Below are positions 19,215-28,448 of a stretch of 48,765 nucleotides of DNA, piece by piece. The stretch lies in IMG/VR virus record IMGVR_UViG_3300028842_000016, positions 1-48,765 of that record. The stretch is one strand, 5' to 3'. Within the stretch, counting starts at the first letter, position 1. Every line of letters starts with the position of its first letter. Origin of the DNA: a virus. The notes under the pieces were generated by a model that saw only the letters and a program-made list of their open reading frames with translations, had not been told where the DNA came from and did not search any database. A program made the position numbers and the translations under genes.

Positions 19215-20864
19215 ATGCGAAGACTGATCGCCACGTTGTTGATTATAGGAGCCCTGCCGGTCGCAGCGTTTGCGGCGTCTGGCGCACAGACATTGGTAAA
19301 CGAATCCGGACTGGCCTACACGACGACCTACACCCAGAATCTGCAGGCTTTCGGGAATCCTCAGAGCGCCGCCTCTAAGCTATCCGTCCAGGTGACGTGG
19401 TCCTCTGCCAACTTCGTGACCTCTTCGTTTACAGATGGCACGCAGTCTACTGGATCAATCACCGTGGCCAGCAACAACCTGCTGTCAGTGGCTGCCACAA
19501 ACCAGATCACAGTGCCTTCCACGGCTCTGATTTTAGGATCTGGGGCTACTTCCCAAGTCACGATCAGCTCGTGCGTTCCAAAGTCGACCGTCTATTTCAG
19601 CGGTCGTGGGATTGTCGAAGGGAAGGACTGGAACTGCGGTGCCTCCACGACCCTCTCGGCCGCCGCACTTGCGTCTGGATTCAATACGGCTTTTGGAAAC
19701 ATCTTCACCAGCACCAACGTGGGCGCCGTGGTGTATTCGACGATGAATGTCGTGGGCTCCTACGCAAACGGGTATACCGTGACATCCTCTTCAGCGCCAG
19801 CCTACACGGTCTCAAATTTCTCTGGAGGTCTGGATCCGGCCCTCCGGAACGCGATCATCTATTTCAACGGCGTTCCCTATCAGAACGGGTATTTCTGGAC
19901 TGATGCCAGCGGGACCTCTGCTGGAACGGCGGCATCCATCGCGGCCATGTTCCAGACTTTTGGCGTGGTGACAGCGACATCGGCCGCCGGCGGCAGCGTG
20001 GTCTATTCAACTGCAACAACCAAGGGCTCCGCGGCAAACGCCTACACCCTGACAGCCTCCACCAATAAACTGACTATTGCGTCGACGAAATACACCAATG
20101 GTCAGGATGCTGCGACTCTGACTCTAAACGGTAAGACATTCACCGCCGGCGTGGATTTCAGCACGGGAGCCACCACCTCGAACACGGCCACCAGTCTGGC
20201 CGCGGCCATCACAGCGGCCGCCGCGACAGTCAAGGTAAATGCTCAAGCGGTCGCCGCTGTTGTTCGCGCGACATCGACAGTTAATGGAGTCTCTTCGAAA
20301 TACCTCATGTCGACGAACTCTCCCAGCTATCTGACGCTCTCCGGGGCGACGATGACGGGTGGAACGAATGCCGGGACGACTCTTAACTCGTCTGTCATTT
20401 CCCTTCCGTCCCATGGATTCACGACGGCACTTCCTGTGCTTTATGGCCAGGGAGCGCTGCTGGGCGGACTGACCGACAAAACGACCTATTACGCCGTGGT
20501 GGTCGATGCGAACAACATCAAGCTGTCCTCCACGAGCGCCGTGGCGCAGACGGGCAATGGAATCGTGATTACGAGTTCCAGTTCCCAAACCACCGCGCAC
20601 ACATTCACCCTGACGCCGATCTCATGGCTGCAGGGCCCGGCCTCCGCCAAATGGCGCGTCTCCAATGATGGGGTCAACTTCGCGGATTTCTCCAGCACAT
20701 CCAACAACGTGACGGTCTCCAGCCAGACGTTTGCTGCCGTCTATCCTTCGTCGACAACGGTTCAGGACTTTGGAAACGTGGATTATGGATACCTGCAGTA
20801 CAGCGTGACGGGTCCGACTTGGGGCGGGATCAACCTGAAGGTCATCCTGAATGCAAAGGACTAA
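19215..20864 (+). CDS. Fibre-like Ser/Thr/Ala-rich protein with N-terminal signal peptide (549 aa)
   Basis: AAGGAG RBS at 19203. Leader MRRLIATLLIIGALPVAAFA/ASG. Three internal modules of about 60-70 aa ending in VVYST..G(S)xAN(G/A)YT(V/L)T. Confidence 0.6.
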   Translation: MRRLIATLLIIGALPVAAFAASGAQTLVNESGLAYTTTYTQNLQAFGNPQSAASKLSVQVTWSSANFVTSSFTDGTQSTGSITVASNNLLSVAATNQITVPSTALILGSGATSQVTISSCVPKSTVYFSGRGIVEGKDWNCGASTTLSAAALASGFNTAFGNIFTSTNVGAVVYSTMNVVGSYANGYTVTSSSAPAYTVSNFSGGLDPALRNAIIYFNGVPYQNGYFWTDASGTSAGTAASIAAMFQTFGVVTATSAAGGSVVYSTATTKGSAANAYTLTASTNKLTIASTKYTNGQDAATLTLNGKTFTAGVDFSTGATTSNTATSLAAAITAAAATVKVNAQAVAAVVRATSTVNGVSSKYLMSTNSPSYLTLSGATMTGGTNAGTTLNSSVISLPSHGFTTALPVLYGQGALLGGLTDKTTYYAVVVDANNIKLSSTSAVAQTGNGIVITSSSSQTTAHTFTLTPISWLQGPASAKWRVSNDGVNFADFSSTSNNVTVSSQTFAAVYPSSTTVQDFGNVDYGYLQYSVTGPTWGGINLKVILNAKD

Positions 20865-20867
20865 ACC

Positions 20868-23402
20868 ATGAATAAAACATCCCGAAGGCTGGCTCTGGCC
20901 GCCTGGGTCTCGGCCGTCACACTGGCCGGGACCTCGGTTCGGGCTATTGAGCCCATCGTAAAAACAGGCCAGGTTCTCTTTGGTTCAAATCAAAAGACGA
21001 TCACCAGCTCAACGGATGTTCTGATTGACACCCAGACGCACGTATTGTCCGCCGGCGCCGGATTTAAAACCAACCGGATCACGTTTATTGGTGATGGGAC
21101 TTATTTGGCGTCTACCACCACAATCTCGTCACCCGCGTGGGGATCTATCACCGGTACGTTAACCAATCAGTCTGACCTTCAGGCCAGGTTCGCCGGGGTT
21201 GGAGCTTCTACCGCGTCGCTCTATATTCAGATCGTTGGGGTCGGGGTCACGACCGGATCGCTGCAAACCCAAATCAACAACCTTGGAAGCACATACCTTA
21301 CGCTGAGTTCCGCCACGGCCACGTACGTTCAAAAAAATGCGTTCGCTTCATCGAGCAGCAGCGGAACGCTGAGTGCCAGCGATTGGCGAATGTTTCAGAA
21401 TTTGGGAGGGCTTCAGAATCCCGGAACGGTTACATGGGTCAATAATTTTGGAATCCAGGTCTCAACGTTGGTGGTCGATTCTGGCGCTAGTTTCTCAACC
21501 AACGTCGGGGCTGTGGTTTTCAACAACCCGGATTACATCGGGCCTTTTAGAACCGGTTTTTATTTTGCTTTCAATGGATCAATTTATGGAGGAATCGGGC
21601 AAACAAATTCGTCGTGGATGGATGGAAGCAATCGAAAGATCGCGGAAAGACCGATCATCTTTAGCCCCGATGGTGTCGACACGATGCTGATTAGTGCTGG
21701 CCATGGGAGCATTGGCGGGGCTGTAACGGGCACTCAAGTGGCCTTTAGCACGTGGGCGGTCATTGGGAATATGTCGGTAGGGTCTACCCCGTCTACGCCG
21801 CCGTTGAATGGTCTTTATGTGCAGGGCGGAATTATTAACGGGAACCTGACCGCCAGCCGGTTTGTGATGACCGACGCCTCAAAGCAGCTGGTGAGCTATG
21901 ACCTGCTCGGCGGAAACAATGTGTTTTTGGGGTCACAGACGATTCTGTCACCGTTGGGTGCCGCCGTAACGTATGGGCTCAAGTCTGGATCATTCACCAT
22001 CACCGGACTCTTGGGGGTCGGACCACTTCGTGGCGGACCAAGCGCGATCGTGTCGACAGGTCCCGTGGCTTTGGCTTCAGAGGTGTCGGGTATCCTTCCG
22101 GTTTCAAATGGCGGGACAGGCACAGCCACCCCAAATCTCGTCGCTGGAAACAATGTCTCAGTAACCGGCACCTGGCCAAATCAAACCATCGGCGTAAATG
22201 GGATTGGGAGCGCTCTGGCTGTCGGAACTGGCACCGCCTCGGCATTCGTGGCCATCACGTCACCGACAGCCGCGGCCAGCTTCAATAATGCCCAGTTTAT
22301 TTCTCTGGCTGTTGGATCCACGAACTTCTTGAGCCTGAACACTTCCAGCATCACGGCCCAGGGCAATTCGTTCAACGGAGCCAACCAACTGGTCAAGCTG
22401 TCGGCCGGAAGCCAGCTTCCTGCGATTGATGGCAATCTGCTCACAAACCTGAATTACACCAGCATAACTGGAGTGTCTGCGAATCGGGTGCCATATTCCA
22501 ACGCCGGCGGGACAGCCTTAACCTCTTCCGCCAACATGACTTTCGACGGGTTTACGTTGTCTGTGACGACCCTTAATTTCACCAGCAATTTAAGTGTCTC
22601 GGGAACGCCATTAATGTATTGGAACTCTGGAAACGGGTCGTTTTTATTCGGGCCCGGGTTCTCTCAGGTCAATACGGGGCAGAGCAATACGAGTCACGGA
22701 TATTCTGCGTTAAGCAGGATCACATCCGGCAACTACAACACGTGTGGAGGCCTGCAGTCCTGCCTCGTTCTCTCGACTGGGAACTACAACACAGCGTGGG
22801 GCGCTCAGTCGCTTCAGCAGACCAGTTCCGGTTCATGGAACACATCAATTGGAGAAGCGGCCGGCTACAACATTCATGGCGACAGCAATACCGCTGTCGG
22901 GTATGCCGCGCTTCAAAATCTGACCTGGGGATCCGGGGTTACGGCTATCGGATTCAGCGCTGGGATTCATGACCTGGCCGGCGGAAGCTGGAACACGTAC
23001 CTCGGCGCGTTTTCGGACGCCGATAGCTCGAAGATCCTTTTCAACTCTACTGCCATCGGCTATGGCGCAGTCGTTAAATCGTCGAACACGGCGACAGTGG
23101 CCGCTGACAACCTGACCGTTCAAGCCATCCATTCACCATCTGTGAGTTCTTGTGGAACTGGAAGCCCTGCGATTACCGGGAGTGACATTGCCGGGTCGAT
23201 TACGACGGGAACAGGGGCTCCGACATCGTGTGGCGTCGTCTTTTCTCAGCCCTACACGTATGCGCCTTATTGCGTGGCACAGACAACATTCACAGCCACA
23301 TCGGCCGTAATTTCTTCGATCACTACGTCGAGCATGACGATCACGACGTCCGCTGGTTTAACGAGCGGCACGCTGACCTATCACTGCATCGGGAGGCAAT
23401 AA
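20868..23402 (+). CDS. Large fibre-like protein with signal peptide and C-terminal YadA-head/Hep_Hag-like repeats (844 aa)
   Basis: Leader MNKTSRRLALAAWVSAVTLAGTSVRA/IEP. Motifs WGSITGTLTNQSDLQ, NGGTGTATPNLVAGNNVSVTGTWPNQTI and repeated NTAxGxxAL-type units. Confidence 0.65.
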   Translation: MNKTSRRLALAAWVSAVTLAGTSVRAIEPIVKTGQVLFGSNQKTITSSTDVLIDTQTHVLSAGAGFKTNRITFIGDGTYLASTTTISSPAWGSITGTLTNQSDLQARFAGVGASTASLYIQIVGVGVTTGSLQTQINNLGSTYLTLSSATATYVQKNAFASSSSSGTLSASDWRMFQNLGGLQNPGTVTWVNNFGIQVSTLVVDSGASFSTNVGAVVFNNPDYIGPFRTGFYFAFNGSIYGGIGQTNSSWMDGSNRKIAERPIIFSPDGVDTMLISAGHGSIGGAVTGTQVAFSTWAVIGNMSVGSTPSTPPLNGLYVQGGIINGNLTASRFVMTDASKQLVSYDLLGGNNVFLGSQTILSPLGAAVTYGLKSGSFTITGLLGVGPLRGGPSAIVSTGPVALASEVSGILPVSNGGTGTATPNLVAGNNVSVTGTWPNQTIGVNGIGSALAVGTGTASAFVAITSPTAAASFNNAQFISLAVGSTNFLSLNTSSITAQGNSFNGANQLVKLSAGSQLPAIDGNLLTNLNYTSITGVSANRVPYSNAGGTALTSSANMTFDGFTLSVTTLNFTSNLSVSGTPLMYWNSGNGSFLFGPGFSQVNTGQSNTSHGYSALSRITSGNYNTCGGLQSCLVLSTGNYNTAWGAQSLQQTSSGSWNTSIGEAAGYNIHGDSNTAVGYAALQNLTWGSGVTAIGFSAGIHDLAGGSWNTYLGAFSDADSSKILFNSTAIGYGAVVKSSNTATVAADNLTVQAIHSPSVSSCGTGSPAITGSDIAGSITTGTGAPTSCGVVFSQPYTYAPYCVAQTTFTATSAVISSITTSSMTITTSAGLTSGTLTYHCIGRQ

Positions 23403-23403
23403 G

Positions 23404-24030
23404 ATGGGAATCCTTGCGCTTCATGCCGCCACTGGCCAAACCGCCTACGCGCATTTAACAAGCGGGCTCGATGCCAAAGTCGGGAATGGGTCCTCTCTGG
23501 AAATCTGGAACCAGGCCCACTGGTCTGATTACGTGAACAGCACTCCAGAGCAATCCGGATCCGGTCGCTACATTCTGACGGTCCCTGGCTATCTCCCGGC
23601 TGGTCGGTATTTCGCGACTCTTTACGTCCAGCTCGGTGGATCGCCAGCCGCCGGGGATACCCCGGTAGACGAAGACTGGTTTGACTGGGATGGATCAAAC
23701 GTCCTAACTCAAGGGTCTACGGTTGACGTAGGAAAGATCAACGGGAGTGCCATCGCGGCCGCCAATCTGTCGAAATCAGCCGCCGCGATGCAGGCCGGGG
23801 TGGCAGCTGCCGGCACACTGACCACCAGTCAGATGACGACCAATCTGACCAATACCACTCCCGACGCTTATAAAGGCCGCGTGCTGCAGTTCACCAGCGG
23901 AAACAATGCCGGCATCATCGCGCTTATCACCGCTTACGCAGTGACCGGTGGAAAGCTCACGTTCATCTGCTACGGAAACTCGCCACTCCCCAGCGCGCCG
24001 GTGGCCTCAGACACCTTTGTGATCGTGTGA
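23404..24030 (+). CDS. Hypothetical fibre-module protein (208 aa)
   Basis: The start lies 2 nt after the preceding stop. No signal peptide. The function is unknown. Confidence 0.55.
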   Translation: MGILALHAATGQTAYAHLTSGLDAKVGNGSSLEIWNQAHWSDYVNSTPEQSGSGRYILTVPGYLPAGRYFATLYVQLGGSPAAGDTPVDEDWFDWDGSNVLTQGSTVDVGKINGSAIAAANLSKSAAAMQAGVAAAGTLTTSQMTTNLTNTTPDAYKGRVLQFTSGNNAGIIALITAYAVTGGKLTFICYGNSPLPSAPVASDTFVIV

Positions 24031-24082
24031 TGAACGCATTTCAGGATCAGCTGTCGACGCTTGGACTCTCAGGAGTTAGAGC

Positions 24083-24108
24083 GGTGCCTTTTCAGACGGC
24101 ACCTTTCT
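24083..24108 (+). terminator. Terminator-like hairpin
   Basis: GGTGCC-ttttcagac-GGCACC followed by TTTCT, in the 139-bp gap after 24030. Confidence 0.4.
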
Positions 24109-24169
24109 ACGTGAAGGTCTATTTATACGTGAAGGCCGTGACGTCTAGCCTGCTTAGAGTGGAGGCCCC

Positions 24170-24850
24170 ATGAATATCGGAGACGCGCCGGAGAGCGGGC
24201 AGTATTACCAGCAGGGATCTGTTTCTGAGATCGTAGTCCAGATCCAAGACTATTCGACGGGGGATCCGATTCTTCTTCAGGCAGCCACAGGGATGACCAT
24301 ATCCCTCGTTTACCCTGATGGACTCACGCGCCAGGACTTCGCGGCAACACTTTTTACAGACGGCGCTGATGGTCGGATTAAATATCGAACCCGGAACAAT
24401 GGCAGCACGCTCGTCGATCTTTCTCAGTCAGGGCTTTACATGGTTCAGGGGTTGGCCTACATCGGCGGGATTCCAATCAAGAGCAAGTGGACCGATTTCT
24501 ATGTTTTGCCCGATGCCCTGGGTACGATCCCAACACCAGGCGTCCAGCCGTCGGCCATGATATTCCGCGACACCGCGGATGTCCGTTGGGCTATGACCGT
24601 AGACACCGCCGGCGGGATCCATTTTTCTGCGACTCCATCCGGTCCCTCCTCCTATACAGAACTGAATACCGTCGTGATGAAAGATCCAAATGGGCTCTAT
24701 TGGATTATGGCGATCGACACGTCAGGAAACCCTCAGCCGACTCCCGGCGGTTCTCATGCCGGCGCACTGGAATCGTTCATCCTCGTGGACTCAAACAATA
24801 AAAGCTGGGTCATTACCATAGACGAAACGGGGGTATGGGTGGCATCATGA
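24170..24850 (+). CDS. Hypothetical protein with three C-terminal repeats of about 30 aa (226 aa)
   Basis: GGAGG RBS at 24161. The repeats are RDTADVRWAMTVDTAGGIHF, KDPNGLYWIMAIDTSGNPQP and VDSNNKSWVITIDETGVWVA. Confidence 0.55.
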   Translation: MNIGDAPESGQYYQQGSVSEIVVQIQDYSTGDPILLQAATGMTISLVYPDGLTRQDFAATLFTDGADGRIKYRTRNNGSTLVDLSQSGLYMVQGLAYIGGIPIKSKWTDFYVLPDALGTIPTPGVQPSAMIFRDTADVRWAMTVDTAGGIHFSATPSGPSSYTELNTVVMKDPNGLYWIMAIDTSGNPQPTPGGSHAGALESFILVDSNNKSWVITIDETGVWVAS

Positions 24851-27690
24851 AAAAATTAATCTGCTTAGCTTTCCTGTTCCTGTCACCGGCCGCGCGGGCG
24901 GATAACGCGGTCACGCTCTACGATTCAGCCAACCATTACATCCAGATCAAAGCCCCAAATGTGATGAGCCAGACGTATAAATTGATCATGCCCCTAAGCC
25001 AGGGGGCAACGGGTCAGGTTCTCGCATTGGCTTCTGTTGCCGGAAACACCGCGACGTTCGCATGGTCAAGCGCGGCGGGCGGCGGCGCCTGGGGAAGCAT
25101 CAGCGGAACCCTTTCGGCTCAGACAGATCTCCAGACCGCACTCAATAATATTGGCGTTTCAACGGGATCTTTGCAGGGTCAGATCAACGGCCTGGGATCC
25201 ACTTATTTAACTCTCAGCTCTGCGACGGCCACCTACCTCCAAAGCTCGTCCGCCACCGCGACCTATTTGCAAAGTTCGGTGGCGGCGGGCACCTACCTCA
25301 GCATGTCGAGCGCGACGGCGACATACGCCTTCAAGAACCAGATCACTGGATTGCAGACTCAAATAAATTCAATCGGCCTGTCGACGGGTTCACTCCGAAC
25401 CGATTTAAACGCGACGGCTCTTTCCACTCAAACGCTGGCGAATGCCGTTGGATCTTCAACCGCCTCTTTGAGAACAGATCTTAATGCCGTCCGATTGGCC
25501 ACAGGTACCATTTCGACTTCCGTTGATGACTCTGTGATGGTAGGGAACGGGACCGGAATGGATGCGAAGGCTATATCAGACTGCCAAGGTGCTGGGAAAG
25601 CAATGACCTACACGGCAGCCACCAATACGTTTGGGTGCAATACGATATCGGCCGGGAGCGGCGGATCCTCTTTGGCGATCGGAACAGGCACGACGTCCGG
25701 ATACGCCGGCGTGATCACTTCATCTCCTTCCCTTGTTCTCCTTTTTGATAACGCGACGACGAAGGGAGTCTTGCAGGGCGGAGGGACCTACTTTTTCACC
25801 CTCAATTCTGGATCTGTCACGCTCCAAGGAAACTCGATCAACTTGGCTAACCTTCAGACACAAGCCAACAATATCGGATTATCCACGGGAACAATCCAGA
25901 CCCAGGTAAACAGTGTTGCCTTGGCGACAGGAACGATTCAGACGCAGCTTAATTCGGTCGCTCAATCTACCGGAACGCTGCTCACTCAGATTAATACAAA
26001 GGTCAATTTCTCGTCGTTCTCGGCGACTCAACCGATCCTCTACAACTCAGCCACCGGAGCATTTAGTGCAACTCTAATCAGTCTGTCGACAGGCGTTGTT
26101 GGAACGCTTCCTGTAGCCAATGGCGGGACAGGAACAGCGACTCCTTCTCTCGTCCAAGGGGCGAACATAACAATAACAGGCTCGTGGCCGAATCAGACCA
26201 TCGCCGCAACTGCTGGATCTGGAGTTCTCTCCACAGACAGCACGACCTGGTCCGGCGTCTACAACTGGCCAAACGTAAACCCTTCAACGTTCACCAATCT
26301 TGTGGTGACTACTCTCACTATAACGGGCGCGATAATTATGAATGGCCCAGGCACGTGGCCCATCTTTACGCCCAAGGCGGATCCAGTTGATTATCGGGCC
26401 GTCCTGACCAGCTCAACGCTTACCGTTGGGCACTATGCGCTCATCTCGAGCACAAACGGGGCAATCATTGATGGTGGCATCCCTTCGGGTAGCGGTGTCC
26501 CTTCGATCAACTCCTATGGAAATCCAGCCATTACAAGCTCAGCCACGATTCTGGCCGGTACGAATGTGACGCTCGGGCAGTCAGGGAACACAATCACGAT
26601 TAATGCGTCTGGAGGGAGTGGTTCTCCGGCTGGTCCTGCGTGGTCTGTCCAGGTGTCTAGCGCTGGATCTCTTGGCGGTTTCGCCAATTTCCTGAACAAC
26701 GGAAGCACGATCACGATCAGCAGCGTGTTTAGTCTCGTTCTGGACAATATTTCCTCCATGACTCTGCAGGGAATCTATTTCGACACGATCGGAAGCACGT
26801 TCAACATTGTGACTGTGACGAGTTCCGTTGTTCTTCAGGATGGTGTCACGTCTTGGCCAGCATACCCCCACAATCCCCACTTTATCGGTGGAAATTTCAA
26901 CGGTCCTATGCAAACAAACATCCAGAACTTCTCTACAGGTTCGAATGCCGCGTCCGAGTATTGCGCCACCTCAGACACAGGGAATAACACGAAGAACTTT
27001 GCCTGTATGGGAATCAACAACTCAGGATTCTCTAACGCGACATGGCCGTACATGAGACCCCAGAGCGCCTATCTAATCTCTTCGGACAGTGATGTGGTAG
27101 TCGGCGCGGGAACGCTTGGGACAGATCCGGGAGCACAGATTATTTTTGTGACAAGTGCGACCACGCAGATGGTAATTAAATCGACTTCATCGGATGGTTA
27201 CGGGATAGTCATATCGACACGAGTGAACGCGCCCAACATTCCCCAGGTATACATGCTTCAAGTTGACTCGACAACGAATGGTACTGGGAACGCATCCACG
27301 CCGATCTCATTCCCTGTACTTGCGAACACGACTTATTACATCGACTGTTATCTGCTGTTCCAAACGACCACCACGACGACCGGGATAGCGTTTGCCCTCA
27401 ACACCCCATCAGCTCCCGGTGCCATTTCCTACACAGTGGGGATCCCAATCGCGGCAGATGCAGCGGCTGGGATGTTCTGGGGATGGGGTTCCTCATCTGA
27501 TGACTACGTGACGGGAACGGCTGTCCAGGCCATCAACACAACCTATGTTGCCAGGCTTTATGGGTCACTCCAGAACGGAGCAAATGCCGGAAATCTTGTC
27601 GTGAGGTTCCATAGTGAACTAGCGGGTCAAGATGCAAAGCTGAAGAATGGGAGCATGTGTACCCTGCTCACGAATCCGGGGAAACTATGA
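24847..27690 (+). CDS. Large fibre-like protein with signal peptide (947 aa), paralogous in part to 20868-23402
   Basis: ATGA overlap start. Leader MKKLICLAFLFLSPAARA/DNA. Shares the WGSISGTLSAQTDLQ, LGSTYLTLSSATATYLQ and NGGTGTATPSLVQGANITITGSWPNQTI modules. Confidence 0.65.
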   Translation: MKKLICLAFLFLSPAARADNAVTLYDSANHYIQIKAPNVMSQTYKLIMPLSQGATGQVLALASVAGNTATFAWSSAAGGGAWGSISGTLSAQTDLQTALNNIGVSTGSLQGQINGLGSTYLTLSSATATYLQSSSATATYLQSSVAAGTYLSMSSATATYAFKNQITGLQTQINSIGLSTGSLRTDLNATALSTQTLANAVGSSTASLRTDLNAVRLATGTISTSVDDSVMVGNGTGMDAKAISDCQGAGKAMTYTAATNTFGCNTISAGSGGSSLAIGTGTTSGYAGVITSSPSLVLLFDNATTKGVLQGGGTYFFTLNSGSVTLQGNSINLANLQTQANNIGLSTGTIQTQVNSVALATGTIQTQLNSVAQSTGTLLTQINTKVNFSSFSATQPILYNSATGAFSATLISLSTGVVGTLPVANGGTGTATPSLVQGANITITGSWPNQTIAATAGSGVLSTDSTTWSGVYNWPNVNPSTFTNLVVTTLTITGAIIMNGPGTWPIFTPKADPVDYRAVLTSSTLTVGHYALISSTNGAIIDGGIPSGSGVPSINSYGNPAITSSATILAGTNVTLGQSGNTITINASGGSGSPAGPAWSVQVSSAGSLGGFANFLNNGSTITISSVFSLVLDNISSMTLQGIYFDTIGSTFNIVTVTSSVVLQDGVTSWPAYPHNPHFIGGNFNGPMQTNIQNFSTGSNAASEYCATSDTGNNTKNFACMGINNSGFSNATWPYMRPQSAYLISSDSDVVVGAGTLGTDPGAQIIFVTSATTQMVIKSTSSDGYGIVISTRVNAPNIPQVYMLQVDSTTNGTGNASTPISFPVLANTTYYIDCYLLFQTTTTTTGIAFALNTPSAPGAISYTVGIPIAADAAAGMFWGWGSSSDDYVTGTAVQAINTTYVARLYGSLQNGANAGNLVVRFHSELAGQDAKLKNGSMCTLLTNPGKL

Positions 27691-28448
27691 AAAAACTGAT
27701 TGTTGCATTGTTGCTTATCCCATCAATCTCTCACGCCGGACGAATCACGATGAATTTTGGATCTGGCGGTGGAACAGTCACTTTTTCGTCTGGAACTGCG
27801 TCTAGTGGTGGAGGATCTGCGCCAACATTCGTCCGTGTTTCTTCGATGACCTATCGAGGCGGCGGCGGGTCTAATTGTGAGACAGGAACTATCACCATTG
27901 GAAGCGGAAACACACTTGTTTGCTTCTGTGGGTCTGGAGATACGAATGGGACCACGAGCATGTCAGATACTCTTGGGAATACATACACGGCATACGCGGC
28001 ACAAACTCTCGCCGGATCGAACTCCAGCATCAAGGCTTTCGTTGCAAAAAACACGACTGGGGGTACAGGTGTAATTTCTTGCACGGACCACGTGAACTGG
28101 CCCGGCGGCATGGATGGATTCTGTGCTGAATATTCTGGCGCAAATCTAACGGCTCCTGTTGATGTGTACAGCTCTAGCGCGTCTGCTGTAACAAGTGGAG
28201 GCCTAACGATGAACTCAAGCCCCGCTACGACAACGGCAAGCAACGTCGTGATGGTTTCGGCTTTAAGACAAGGAACTGGATTGACGATAACTGGTCAGTC
28301 TGGAACGAGTCGAATGACGAACACTGCGTCATACGTTCAACAGATTCAGGATACTGTTGTCACTTCTCCAGGGTCTTATGAGTCTACGTACACATGGGCT
28401 GGAGGTTCCTACTTCCCATCTATGTACCAGGTTGGGATTAAACCTTGA
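27687..28448 (+). CDS. Secreted Gly/Ser/Thr-rich protein (253 aa), function unknown
   Basis: ATGA overlap start. Leader MKKLIVALLLIPSISHA/GRI. Confidence 0.55.
   Translation: MKKLIVALLLIPSISHAGRITMNFGSGGGTVTFSSGTASSGGGSAPTFVRVSSMTYRGGGGSNCETGTITIGSGNTLVCFCGSGDTNGTTSMSDTLGNTYTAYAAQTLAGSNSSIKAFVAKNTTGGTGVISCTDHVNWPGGMDGFCAEYSGANLTAPVDVYSSSASAVTSGGLTMNSSPATTTASNVVMVSALRQGTGLTITGQSGTSRMTNTASYVQQIQDTVVTSPGSYESTYTWAGGSYFPSMYQVGIKP

Noticed and set aside
20868-27690. Diversity-generating retroelement acting on the paralogous fibres
   Set aside because: No ORF has reverse-transcriptase motifs. The shared modules differ throughout instead of forming a template/variable repeat pair near a C-terminus.
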